From an uncultured Gammaproteobacteria bacterium (GTDB lineage Bacteria > Patescibacteriota > Microgenomatia > UBA1406 > HO2-37-13b), in NCBI GenBank assembly GCA_964612595.1, contig CAZTFB010000002.1:6663-70662 (forward strand): a stretch of DNA of 64,000 bases, in the 5' to 3' direction. Below the pieces are notes generated by a model that worked only from the letters and a program-made list of their open reading frames with translations, was not told where the DNA came from and did not search any database. This document shows, one piece after another, positions 35,800 to 44,467 of the stretch. Both the position numbers and the translations under genes were made by a program. How positions within the stretch are numbered: the stretch's first letter is position 1; each line of letters opens with the position of its first letter.

Positions 35800-35828
35800 G
35801 AGGGACACACGTGCGCCGTGTTTCCCTC
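35800..35828 (+). terminator. Hairpin 3' of cassette D
   Basis: GAGGGACACACG-tgcgc-CGTGTTTCCCTC, 11 of 12 positions paired. Confidence 0.45.
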
Positions 35829-35847
35829 ACCTGATATACTAGTACTC

Positions 35848-36876
35848 ATGGCACTCGTTATTCTTGATCCAGACCAAGGCTCCCACACTAGTCGTCATCG
35901 AGGAGGCGGTCGATTTCTTCAGATGCTGCATGAGAATTTATCAGATGAGGCAACATTTATTGCTGACGTCGACCACGTTAAAGAAGGCGATACCCTACTC
36001 GTACCGTTTTGGCATCCATATCGACCTGCATCTGTAAAAAAACGCTATGCAAAGCGCCAAATTCTCACCATATTCGACGTCATTCCCTTTAAATACCCCG
36101 ACAAATTCCCCATCGGCTTCAAAGGAAAACTAAACTTGATAGAAAATCTCAATAGCATGCATCACTTTGACGAATTCATCACAATTTCTGAAGCTTCAAA
36201 AACCGACATTGTACAGTATTTGAATATTGAGCCAGATAAGATCCATGTAGTTCATCTCACCTCAAGTTCGCCGTTCTTTTCCCAAAAAACAACTGAAAAA
36301 AAGTCCAACATTGACTATATTGAGCCACCCAACCTCCCCTATTGCATCTATGTTGGTGATGTAAATTGGAACAAAAATATCGTCAATATTGCACGGGCCC
36401 TTAAGATTGCCCACATTAAGGGAGTTTTTGTCGGTAAAGCTTTTACAGAAGAATATGTAGATATGGATCATCCTGAAAGAGCAGAAATTAAGGCGTTTAG
36501 ACAAGAGGTAGGCAACGATAATGACGAACTTTTTATGTTTCCCGGCTACCTTTCAGATGAAAACCTGATTACATTCTATAAGAATGCACTGTGTAATGTT
36601 CTCGTTTCTCGGGATGAGGGTTTTGGTTTATCCTATCTGGAGGCCTCAAGCCAACATTGCCCTTCGATATTAAGTGATATCGATGTGTTTAATGAGGTAG
36701 CAGATGATGCAGCGATATTCGCTCAAAGTAACGATCCACAGTCTATTGCACAAAAAATTGTGCGGCTTAGGGATGATAAGACTTTTGCGAAAGAGCTTGG
36801 CAATAAGGCGTATAAACGATCAATGATGTTTAAACCAGCAACATTTAAGAAGGAACTCACATCATGGATATTCTAA
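35848..36876 (+). CDS. GT4/GT1-type glycosyltransferase
   Basis: C-terminal RDEGFGLSYLEA (the EX7E region). TATACT lies 7 nt before the ATG at 35848. Confidence 0.75.
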   Translation: MALVILDPDQGSHTSRHRGGGRFLQMLHENLSDEATFIADVDHVKEGDTLLVPFWHPYRPASVKKRYAKRQILTIFDVIPFKYPDKFPIGFKGKLNLIENLNSMHHFDEFITISEASKTDIVQYLNIEPDKIHVVHLTSSSPFFSQKTTEKKSNIDYIEPPNLPYCIYVGDVNWNKNIVNIARALKIAHIKGVFVGKAFTEEYVDMDHPERAEIKAFRQEVGNDNDELFMFPGYLSDENLITFYKNALCNVLVSRDEGFGLSYLEASSQHCPSILSDIDVFNEVADDAAIFAQSNDPQSIAQKIVRLRDDKTFAKELGNKAYKRSMMFKPATFKKELTSWIF

Positions 36877-37061
36877 CGTATGCCGCCGTATCTGCTGCCA
36901 TCATCATGCTCTGGCACATGGCGTTCAATTCCAACCCAAAGAATTTTGGCCTGATGCAGATGATCGGCATTTTCATCCTCGGCGGCGTTATGGGTTATTA
37001 TATGGAGTCTCTTATTACCGGCATCCTCATGTCTGTAGCACTATCGATGATTTTCATCTAA
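36864..37061 (+). CDS. Small two-TM membrane protein
   Basis: 65 aa, hydrophobic; overlaps the GT4 gene end. Confidence 0.4.
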   Translation: MDILTYAAVSAAIIMLWHMAFNSNPKNFGLMQMIGIFILGGVMGYYMESLITGILMSVALSMIFI

Positions 37062-37089
37062 GCCCGCGGCGCGATCGGGGTGCGGGCTT
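37060..37089. terminator. Bidirectional hairpin between convergent genes (shares the AAGCCCGCGGC motif of repeat family 2)
   Basis: AAGCCCGC (37060-37067) pairs with GCGGGCTT (37082-37089). Confidence 0.45.
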
Positions 37090-37091
37090 GT

Positions 37092-38060
37092 TTAGGATCG
37101 CGCCTTCGCCAGCAACGCTAATAGTTCCTCGGCTTTACGACAAGCTGCAATCTCGACACGCAGCTCTGCCGAACCTGCAAAGTCCCTCACATACATCTTC
37201 ATATACTTTTTTAGTCGATCGAAATGCTTTGTTGATCCCCACACTTCATTATGTAACCTCACATGCTCCGCATAGGTTTCAAGTTTTTCGTTCGGTGAAA
37301 TACTCCCCACATCTCTGTATGCCTCATTTGTACTAAACACCCAAGGATTTTCAAGCATTCCGCGACCTATCATGACGCCATCAACGCCATATTCTTGTAT
37401 CTTTACGAGCCCGTCAGCACGTGATTTTACATCGCCGTTACCTATGAAGACCGTGGCTTTTTTAGATCGCGCCCTCAGCATCACTGCTTTGCCAATCTCA
37501 TCCCAGTGCGCGGGTACCTCAGACATCTCCTTAACGGTACGCCCGTGAATAATTAGTGCCTGGAGATCAAATCCCAAAAGAAAACCTATCCAATCCTCTG
37601 TGCAGATACTGTTTATTCCAATACGCGTTTTTACGCTCACAGGTAATCCACCAGCACCATCTTGTGTTGCCCTAATAATCTTACCTGCCAAGTCATGATT
37701 ATCAATCAACGCTGCGCATAATCCTTTTTTAATGACATCTTTCTGTGGACATCCCATGTTTAAGTCAATACCATCAAACCCTTGATCAGCAATATATTTG
37801 GCTGCATTGTAAAAATGCTCCGGCTTACTTCCCCAGATTTGTGCAACGAGAGGTCGCTCAATTTCAGAATATTTTAATCGTTGCATAACAAGCTCTCTTC
37901 TCTCAGAAAACATGCCGTCAACATTTGTAAACTCCGTAAAATACACGTCGGGTTTACCAAGTTTTGCAATCATCTGACGAAAGACCGTATCGGTTACGTC
38001 CTCCATTGGGGCTTGAATAAAGATAGGCTTAGGGAGTTCCTGCCAAAAATTTCGTTTCAT
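37092..38060 (-). CDS. dus: tRNA-dihydrouridine synthase
   Basis: IFIQAPMEDVTD, GIDLNMGCPQK, HGRT. The true start is MKRNFWQ at 38060. The ORF-track extension to 38294 reads through cassette E. Confidence 0.85.
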   Translation of the reverse strand: MKRNFWQELPKPIFIQAPMEDVTDTVFRQMIAKLGKPDVYFTEFTNVDGMFSERRELVMQRLKYSEIERPLVAQIWGSKPEHFYNAAKYIADQGFDGIDLNMGCPQKDVIKKGLCAALIDNHDLAGKIIRATQDGAGGLPVSVKTRIGINSICTEDWIGFLLGFDLQALIIHGRTVKEMSEVPAHWDEIGKAVMLRARSKKATVFIGNGDVKSRADGLVKIQEYGVDGVMIGRGMLENPWVFSTNEAYRDVGSISPNEKLETYAEHVRLHNEVWGSTKHFDRLKKYMKMYVRDFAGSAELRVEIAACRKAEELLALLAKARS

Positions 38061-38127
38061 GGAGAGCATTATACCTAATAGAATGAAGGAGCCGTGGGGG
38101 TCGGCTCCCTTTTCGACGGCCGAGCCG

Positions 38128-38340
38128 TCAATCCCAGACCGAACCCCTAAAGGCGGCTGCGACGAGGTTGGCGGCATTTGCATCCCCGATATTGCTGAAA
38201 TCGGGAAAGATAACGCCTTGCTGTCGCTGGGATTCAATCTGGCCTGGATCGATCTTAATGTACCGCGAGCCATCTGGCCGTCGCCACACTTCATAAGGCA
38301 TGCCCCAATAGTTGGAGCTCGCTTCGAGCACTTCGTTCAT
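38128..38340 (-). CDS. Cassette E: 70-aa soluble protein, no family assignment
   Basis: GGGAG lies 6 nt before the ATG at 38340. Sequence MNEVLEASSNYWGMPYEVWRRPDGSRYIKIDPGQ... GC is elevated relative to the flanks. Confidence 0.5.
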   Translation of the reverse strand: MNEVLEASSNYWGMPYEVWRRPDGSRYIKIDPGQIESQRQQGVIFPDFSNIGDANAANLVAAAFRGSVWD

Positions 38341-38425
38341 ACCTGACTCCCTTCGATACAATAGATCACAACACTCCCCAAGGAACACGCGCTCCTCGTG
38401 TGTGATACGCTGTTACATGGCTCCC

Positions 38426-38434
38426 ATTATACCA
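38426..38434 (-). promoter_or_regulatory. Extended -10 TGGTATAAT upstream of cassette E
   Basis: Identical 9-mers occur at 41988-41996(-), 53458-53466(+) and 62532-62540(+). Confidence 0.45.
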
Positions 38435-38441
38435 AAGAAGC

Positions 38442-38558
38442 TTATTTAGCAGGCTGTGATTTCATCATTGCGGCGGTATTTTTCGAAACAACATACCAGT
38501 ATCCGCCGCCAAGAACGAGGATTATCAGAACAATAAGTAGGAAATTTTGTTTGCTCAT
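38442..38558 (-). CDS. 38-aa single-TM micro-protein (below the ORF-track cutoff)
   Basis: My translation is MSKQNFLLIVLIILVLGGGYWYVVSKNTAAMMKSQPAK. Confidence 0.35.
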   Translation of the reverse strand: MSKQNFLLIVLIILVLGGGYWYVVSKNTAAMMKSQPAK

Positions 38559-38596
38559 GTGAATTATTGTAGCATAGACTTTGTTATACTATCGCC

Positions 38597-39688
38597 ATGC
38601 TAAAAGTAGGTATTGTTGGGCTTCCCAACGTCGGCAAATCAACCCTTTTTAATGCGCTTTTAAAAAAGCAGGTCGCTGACGTGGCAAATTACCCCTTTTG
38701 TACAATCGAGCCGAATGTCGGTATTATTGAAGTTCCCGATGAGCGGCTTGCAAAACTCGCAATGGTTGTTGAGACAGAAAAAATTGTACCAGCTGCCATA
38801 GAGTTTTATGATATTGCAGGTTTGGTTCGTGGGGCTTCCGAAGGAGCTGGACTAGGAAATAAATTCCTCTCACATATTCGTGAAACATCGCTCATCGTCC
38901 ATGTTGTTCGCCTTTTTGAGGACAAAAATATTACCCACGTAGATGAGGTATTTAACCCGGAACAGGATATTGCAACTATCGAAACTGAGCTTATTCTTGC
39001 CGATCTTACAATGCTCGACAAGCAACGCGAACCTAAATCAAATGCTTCAAAAGAAGAAAAGGCTGCGTGGGAAACTGTCAAATTTGTGAAAGAAAAATTA
39101 AATCAAGGTCAATCTGCACGCGAACTTGAACTCAGTGAGGATCAACTCGACCACATGAAACAATACAATCTCCTTTCGTTGAAACCAGTCCTCTTTCTTT
39201 TCAACGTCTCTGAGCCTCAACTCATGGATCCAAAGGGAACTGAGGAAAAAATAAAAACGTTGCTCGTATCATTAAATAAATCTGAAAATCCCTACTTATA
39301 CCTTTGTGCAAAACTTGAACAAGAACTTTCTGTACTTGAACCTGAAGAGCAAGTTGAGTATCTTGCAACCTACAACTTAGACAAATCTGGCCTTGATCGA
39401 CTTGTAAAACAGGCGTACGACTCATTGGGGCTGATTTCGTTCCTTACTGCAGGTAAAATCGAAGCACGTGCCTGGACTATTCAAAGAGGCACACTCGCAC
39501 CACAAGCTGCAGGTACAATTCATACTGACTTTGAAAAAAAGTTTATTAAGGCCGAAATAGCAAACTACCAAACGTTTATTGACTTGGGAGGTTGGGTAAA
39601 AGCTCGTGAGGCAGGAAAAGTAATATTGGGTGGAAAAGATTATGTCATGAAGGATGGTGACGTTGTTGACTTCAAAATATCCGCATGA
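38597..39688 (+). CDS. ychF: Ribosome-binding ATPase YchF
   Basis: GIVGLPNVGKSTLFNAL, a TGS-like C-terminus; 363 aa. TATACT lies 6 nt before the ATG. Confidence 0.93.
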   Translation: MLKVGIVGLPNVGKSTLFNALLKKQVADVANYPFCTIEPNVGIIEVPDERLAKLAMVVETEKIVPAAIEFYDIAGLVRGASEGAGLGNKFLSHIRETSLIVHVVRLFEDKNITHVDEVFNPEQDIATIETELILADLTMLDKQREPKSNASKEEKAAWETVKFVKEKLNQGQSARELELSEDQLDHMKQYNLLSLKPVLFLFNVSEPQLMDPKGTEEKIKTLLVSLNKSENPYLYLCAKLEQELSVLEPEEQVEYLATYNLDKSGLDRLVKQAYDSLGLISFLTAGKIEARAWTIQRGTLAPQAAGTIHTDFEKKFIKAEIANYQTFIDLGGWVKAREAGKVILGGKDYVMKDGDVVDFKISA

Positions 39689-39703
39689 ATAAATCTAGAG
39701 ATT

Positions 39704-39734
39704 AAGGGTGTCCCGACAAAGCCGGGACACCCTT
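39704..39734. terminator. Bidirectional hairpin between ychF and the Zn-ribbon gene
   Basis: AAGGGTGTCCCG pairs with CGGGACACCCTT (12 bp). Confidence 0.6.
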
Positions 39735-39776
39735 CGCGACTATTGGCCGCAATGTACCAGCCTCATTCTCATTTCT

Positions 39777-39986
39777 TCAATGCCTGTAACCCGGGAAACT
39801 GTTTGGAGGCCAATCCTTTTTTTTATTCGAAAGATCCACATTACAATCAAGGCATCGGTACCTCGCAACAGCCGCTTGTGTAGAGGTGTACACATCTTGA
39901 CATTTCGGACAAATATACAAATACCCTGAACTGTCATCAAAAAACCCAGCCGCATCATCATCCACGATCGTCTCCTTTAGTATCAT
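39777..39986 (-). CDS. Small zinc-ribbon protein
   Basis: CPKC...CLDC pairs. ORF 39777..40040, with the start possibly at MILKETIV. Confidence 0.45.
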   Translation of the reverse strand: MILKETIVDDDAAGFFDDSSGYLYICPKCQDVYTSTQAAVARYRCLDCNVDLSNKKKDWPPNSFPGYRH

Positions 39987-40048
39987 GAGGCTGTACCTGT
40001 ATGTAAGAGGACAGTTTATAGTTTTTTTAAAAGAAGTCAAGCATATTT

Positions 40049-40876
40049 TTATTTTTTTAGGTTGAATAATGTTCGTGCATTCGCAGAAGTGACCTCTGCA
40101 ACACGCCCAAGCGACTCGCCCTTAAGTTCAGCAATCTTCTCCGCGACCAATACCACATTTGAAGGTGTATTTGGATACAATTTCTGACTTTTTAGAGGCT
40201 CGGGCAATAAAAAAGGCGCATCAGTCTCGATCACGAGCATATCTAAAGGCACAGCCTTAATAAACTCCTGTTTCTCTTCCCAATACGTAAGATCGCCATC
40301 AACACCCAAAAATAGACCAAGTTCCTGTGCAAAAGCTAAAAGCTCCATATCAGGCTCACAACAATGAAGCACCGCACGATTTTTCAAGCTTGAATCCCAT
40401 AATTCCCGCACCAGCGGTATAAGCTCATCTTTCGCCTCTCGATTGTGCATAATAATTGATTTTTTAAATCGAACTCCCAGTTCAAATTGAGCCTTAAAGA
40501 GTTGTTTTTGAGCCACAATAAATGTCTCATCAACTTGATAATCTTCATACTTCGTTTGTTCGTATTCATGTCTATCAAGACCAATTTCACCTATTGCAAC
40601 AACGCGATCTTCTTTCAAAAGCAGTTCAAGTTCTTCAACATCCTTCTCTGCCTCATCTTTTTCAAACACATGGTGAGGATGAATCCCAACTGCTGCCCAG
40701 ATATCAAGGCCGTCTTTTGCGTACTTTTGTGCTATTTCAACAGCTTTCTTCGAGGTCTTAATATCTGTTCCCGGGACAACAATACTCTTCACACCAACGT
40801 TCATCGCGTTTTGTACAACCTCATCGAGGTTCTTTTTGAATCGGCTAAAGTTGAGGTGGCAGTGTGTATCGAACAT
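40049..40876 (-). CDS. tatD: TatD-family metal-dependent hydrolase/DNase
   Basis: MFDTHCHL, GEIGLD, HNRE, ETDAPF. Confidence 0.9.
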   Translation of the reverse strand: MFDTHCHLNFSRFKKNLDEVVQNAMNVGVKSIVVPGTDIKTSKKAVEIAQKYAKDGLDIWAAVGIHPHHVFEKDEAEKDVEELELLLKEDRVVAIGEIGLDRHEYEQTKYEDYQVDETFIVAQKQLFKAQFELGVRFKKSIIMHNREAKDELIPLVRELWDSSLKNRAVLHCCEPDMELLAFAQELGLFLGVDGDLTYWEEKQEFIKAVPLDMLVIETDAPFLLPEPLKSQKLYPNTPSNVVLVAEKIAELKGESLGRVAEVTSANARTLFNLKK

Positions 40877-40886
40877 ATGCTATTAT

Positions 40887-40958
40887 AACAAGACCGGGTC
40901 CTGTTTAAGGTCGTGCCCGATTAAAGAGGCACGATCCACAAGAAAACACGGTCTTGTT
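40887..40958 (+). promoter_or_regulatory. Closed stem structure directly abutting the rpiB start codon
   Basis: AACAAGACCG (40887-40896) pairs with CGGTCTTGTT (40949-40958). Inner hairpin TCGTGCC/GGCACGA. Confidence 0.3.
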
Positions 40959-41528
40959 ATGGTCATATATATCGGGGCTGATCATCGCGGATTTGAGCTA
41001 AAGAACCAATTGAGAGACTGGCTTATTGAACAAGGCCATAAGGTAGTCGATTGTGGCAACGACCACGCAGATGCCGAAGATGACTTTCCAGATTTTGCAC
41101 GAGCTGTTGCGCTGAAGATTGTTAAAAGCCATGAGCAAGACCGACCAGCCGATGAAGATACTGACCCTGGTGAAAACTTGGGTATAACGTCAACAAAAAG
41201 CCATATGTATGAGGGTGTTGCACGAGTGCCGAGCGAGGTTCAGAATGATATTCCTGTCGAAGATCACGAGCTCGGTATCTTAGTGTGCGGATCTGGAATT
41301 GGGGTTTGTATAACAGCAAACCGTTATAAAGGAATCCGCTGCGGCGCTGCGTACAGCGCCGAACATGCTCGACATGGTCGCGAGAACGATCATATAAATG
41401 TTCTTGGCCTCGCAGCAGATATGGTTGACTTTGAAAAAGCAAAAGAAATTACGCATACGTTCTTAAATGCCGCTCCTATCATGAAAGAAAAGTACATCCG
41501 CAGAGTGCGTAAGCACGATATGTATTAA
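40959..41528 (+). CDS. rpiB: Ribose-5-phosphate isomerase B with a ~40-aa acidic insertion
   Basis: IYIGADHRGFELK, GILVCGSGIG, RHGRENDHINVL. ORF 40836..41528, with the start at MVIYIG. Confidence 0.85.
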   Translation: MVIYIGADHRGFELKNQLRDWLIEQGHKVVDCGNDHADAEDDFPDFARAVALKIVKSHEQDRPADEDTDPGENLGITSTKSHMYEGVARVPSEVQNDIPVEDHELGILVCGSGIGVCITANRYKGIRCGAAYSAEHARHGRENDHINVLGLAADMVDFEKAKEITHTFLNAAPIMKEKYIRRVRKHDMY

Positions 41529-41546
41529 AACTTTTTTATGAGTGGA

Positions 41547-41577
41547 GTGCACCCCGGCGCAATGCGCCGGGGTGCAC
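41547..41577. terminator. Bidirectional GC hairpin shared by rpiB and cassette F
   Basis: GTGCACCCCGGCG...CGCCGGGGTGCAC. Confidence 0.6.
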
Positions 41578-41594
41578 GACACCTTTCGTCAACC

Positions 41595-41930
41595 CTACCT
41601 GACCCTTTTGTGCGAAAGCGCTCCTCCGCTGCGCATTTCCTCCTGTGAGTGCTCCGCACACAGGCTCGAATCGCCTCCCAGTCCAGGCGTATAAAACGCA
41701 CGGTGGGTTGCCTTCTTATTACAGAAGGCACACTTGGTGGATCCTCCACCATTGCCCATGAAGCGTGGGATATACTTCAAGGCAAGATAGAGACCGCCTC
41801 CGATCAGAAGGAACGGCAAGATCGTCTGGAAGACACCGCCCAGCGTGCTGAGCAATCCTTCCAGTGGCGCCTGCTGCGGGACGAGCTCTTCATCCACCTG
41901 CAGCAAGATCGACATGATGATACCGAACAT
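41595..41930 (-). CDS. Cassette F: small membrane protein with a C-terminal Cys/His (zinc-ribbon-like) tail
   Basis: AGGAGG lies 5 nt before the ATG at 41930. TM segment ILPFLLIGGGLYLALKYI. Tail CAFCNKKATH...LCAEH. Confidence 0.6.
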   Translation of the reverse strand: MFGIIMSILLQVDEELVPQQAPLEGLLSTLGGVFQTILPFLLIGGGLYLALKYIPRFMGNGGGSTKCAFCNKKATHRAFYTPGLGGDSSLCAEHSQEEMRSGGALSHKRVR

Positions 41931-41987
41931 GTGAGCCTCCTGCCCATATGGGCCTTCTTAAGAACGAAAGGTGCGTAGGAACACTCT

Positions 41988-41996
41988 ATTATACCA
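41988..41996 (-). promoter_or_regulatory. Extended -10 TGGTATAAT upstream of cassette F
   Basis: Followed in the leader by the perfect palindrome GCCCATATGGGC (41942-41953), which directly abuts the SD. Confidence 0.45.
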
Positions 41997-42048
41997 AGTC
42001 GCCGCTTTTACTTGACGCCACCGCTATTTTTTCGCTACACTAACTACC

Positions 42049-42729
42049 ATGAACATTTATCCTTCTATCCTTGAAACTGATATTCAGGAACTTTCGAACG
42101 ACCTCACACGACTTACTCCTCACTTCGACTATCTTCAAATCGACATTGCTGATGGCATCTTTGTACCCAACAAAACTATCCAAATAGGCGACATTAAAAC
42201 ACTTATGGAATTCCCCGAATGGGATCTTGCTTACCTACAGTTTGAATTCCACCTTATGGTCCAAGATTATGCAACTCCTCTCCGTGAGCTTGAAGATATC
42301 CCAGATATATACATTCGCAATGTATTCATCCAACTTAAGGCTCTGCAACATACTTTTGATGAGCTATCGGACCATACCCCTTTTGATGTTGGTGTAGTTC
42401 TCAACCCAGAAGAAACGGCGGAAGATTCGTGGGGACAAGTAAAAGATTTCGCATCAATTCAACTCATGACAGTACAGCCAGGTCAACAGGGAAATCCTTT
42501 CCTCCCAGAAGTCCTCGATAAAATTACCCAGCTGCGCGAAAAAGGATATGAAGGAGAAATTGTCCTTGATGGTGCAATCAATGAAGAAAATTTACGAACT
42601 GTTATGCAAAAACCCCATCAACCTGACGCTGTATGCCCGGGAAGTTACTTTAAGACTGAGGATGTCGCCGAACGCTTAGAGAAGCTCCGATCAATTGCCG
42701 GAATAGCTGCTGATCAGGTCGGAGAGTGA
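42049..42729 (+). CDS. rpe: Ribulose-phosphate 3-epimerase
   Basis: YPSIL, IDIADGIFVPN, HLMV, LMTVQPGQQGNPF, LDGAIN. Confidence 0.8.
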   Translation: MNIYPSILETDIQELSNDLTRLTPHFDYLQIDIADGIFVPNKTIQIGDIKTLMEFPEWDLAYLQFEFHLMVQDYATPLRELEDIPDIYIRNVFIQLKALQHTFDELSDHTPFDVGVVLNPEETAEDSWGQVKDFASIQLMTVQPGQQGNPFLPEVLDKITQLREKGYEGEIVLDGAINEENLRTVMQKPHQPDAVCPGSYFKTEDVAERLEKLRSIAGIAADQVGE

Positions 42730-44415
42730 GAATTTTCCATCTTCATTTCTATCAATAGGCAGAAAAACAGGAACCTCGAATGAATTTTGTGTCTTCCCGA
42801 AGTGTACATTAATTATCTGTACTGGAAGGCTACCAGGCCTCAAAACAACAACTCGATAGCTATCATCAAAATTGACCCCTTCAACTTTCGGCAATTCTGC
42901 CATGCCGTTCTGTATCAGAGTCTGTGCTTGAGTAATAAAAGTCTCTGTGTCTTCTTTTATGATTTGTACCTCGGCCACCCCATCAGCAATGGGCGTCCCT
43001 GGAAATCGACGCATATTCGTTAATGTCATTTTAGGAGCAGGATACGTACACACTTCTGTCCTCATCATGCTCATAAGCAATGATCCCCTTCGTGTTAAGC
43101 CAACATTCAGGGTAGGACACCCGGATGTTTTACCCGGGTTAATGGTACACGTTGTACTTAAAACGTTGCGTGGCTTTACCATATGGAAATCACTACAGGT
43201 ATACGTAAAAGGTGACTGTAATAAAAGGCCATAATCATCATTTAGGCCGTTCCAAATATCTGTTCCTTCATTCGTACATTCGATCGTAATTTCGAATGGC
43301 ACGTTTTCTACAACGTCTTTTGGAAAGGTGCTTGTGCATGTTGCTTTATGGATATGTTCGGGATCGCCCTCAATTTTAGGACTCCCCGATATTGCGAATG
43401 CGACTTCATTTCCCATATTCTCTTGATTTACCAAAGAGAATGAATCAAACGGGGGTGTAAGAAATTTATAGGCAAAATAGGTTACCGCCTCGACATCACC
43501 TGCTTCTTGCCAACGATTTAGTGCCAATCGCACACTTTCAGCCGCGTAGCCGATTGGCACACCTTCAATTCCATGCTTCCATCCTGTTTCTGTAATGAAT
43601 GCTTTAAAATCAGCGGCTTTTTTGACACCTATACTCTGTAAAAATTCTTTCTCCCAACGATAACACATTATTGAGCGACGACCATTCGTTGTCGGTGAGC
43701 CGGTAAAATTAAGTGGATAACAATGCGAAGCTAGGGCGTCCCAATAGTCAACTACCTGTGGCACCCCAGAAATCATATCTTGATAAAAGCGGCCGGCATC
43801 GCAAAATGCAGGGCGACTTTCAGGTGCGGCGAGATCGAGGCCTGCCAGCATAAAGACAATGTTGGAATTTTTCTCTTTGAGCGCTTTTGCCGCGGCAACT
43901 GCTGACTGTCCATACGCAACTGGGTCGCAGCTGCCACCAAACTCTGCCCCGTGATTTGTCTCATTAAGCCAAATCACATGAGTATATTTAGTAGCTGATT
44001 TGAAGACTGTGGTATTTTGGGCTTCTCCTTTAGGTTCGATCTGTGAAAAAAGATCGGCGAAATACTTTATAGTCTTCTCGGTCGGCCTTGCCCATGAACC
44101 ATTATCACCAAACCCTGATGCCAAACGATAAATCGGAATGCATTTTTCTTCTCGAAATATGTCTTCGACCTCTTGGAGCTGTTGTACTGTGTATTCCCCC
44201 TCTCGAATAACTATTGTCTGCCAGCCCCATGCTCCCCCATTTGCATTCACCATCCGACAACCATCACGGATATCTTTTTTTGAGGCCGAGATCTGATGAA
44301 CACCCACTAAATTATTCGGCCTATCAAACTGAGCATGCGACCCTTGGGCAGTAAAAAATAACCCGTATCCTACGATAAGCAGCCCCATACAAAAACCAGG
44401 AAGCAATCTACGCAT
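42691..44415 (-). CDS. Secreted glycoside hydrolase, clan GH-A-like (beta/alpha)8 fold
   Basis: Signal/TM at the N-terminus. Candidate acid/base is WLNETNHG and candidate nucleophile is FITETGW. The family assignment is uncertain. Confidence 0.5.
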   Translation of the reverse strand: MRRLLPGFCMGLLIVGYGLFFTAQGSHAQFDRPNNLVGVHQISASKKDIRDGCRMVNANGGAWGWQTIVIREGEYTVQQLQEVEDIFREEKCIPIYRLASGFGDNGSWARPTEKTIKYFADLFSQIEPKGEAQNTTVFKSATKYTHVIWLNETNHGAEFGGSCDPVAYGQSAVAAAKALKEKNSNIVFMLAGLDLAAPESRPAFCDAGRFYQDMISGVPQVVDYWDALASHCYPLNFTGSPTTNGRRSIMCYRWEKEFLQSIGVKKAADFKAFITETGWKHGIEGVPIGYAAESVRLALNRWQEAGDVEAVTYFAYKFLTPPFDSFSLVNQENMGNEVAFAISGSPKIEGDPEHIHKATCTSTFPKDVVENVPFEITIECTNEGTDIWNGLNDDYGLLLQSPFTYTCSDFHMVKPRNVLSTTCTINPGKTSGCPTLNVGLTRRGSLLMSMMRTEVCTYPAPKMTLTNMRRFPGTPIADGVAEVQIIKEDTETFITQAQTLIQNGMAELPKVEGVNFDDSYRVVVLRPGSLPVQIINVHFGKTQNSFEVPVFLPIDRNEDGKFSLSDLISSYSGN

Positions 44416-44467
44416 ATGAATTATTATACCCGATACCACCTATCCTTCGGCTGTATAATAGAGCTGC

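Noticed and set aside
38061-38294. N-terminal 78-codon extension of the dus ORF (the track start is 38294).
   Set aside because: The extension runs through the GC-elevated cassette E in a frame with no Dus similarity. The conserved Dus N-terminus begins at MKRNFWQ (38060), with a TATAAT 7 nt upstream.
40881-40958. A 72-nt closed helix upstream of rpiB considered as a tRNA or known riboswitch.
   Set aside because: It has no T-loop or D-loop consensus and no aptamer motif I recognise. It is kept only as a low-confidence regulatory structure.
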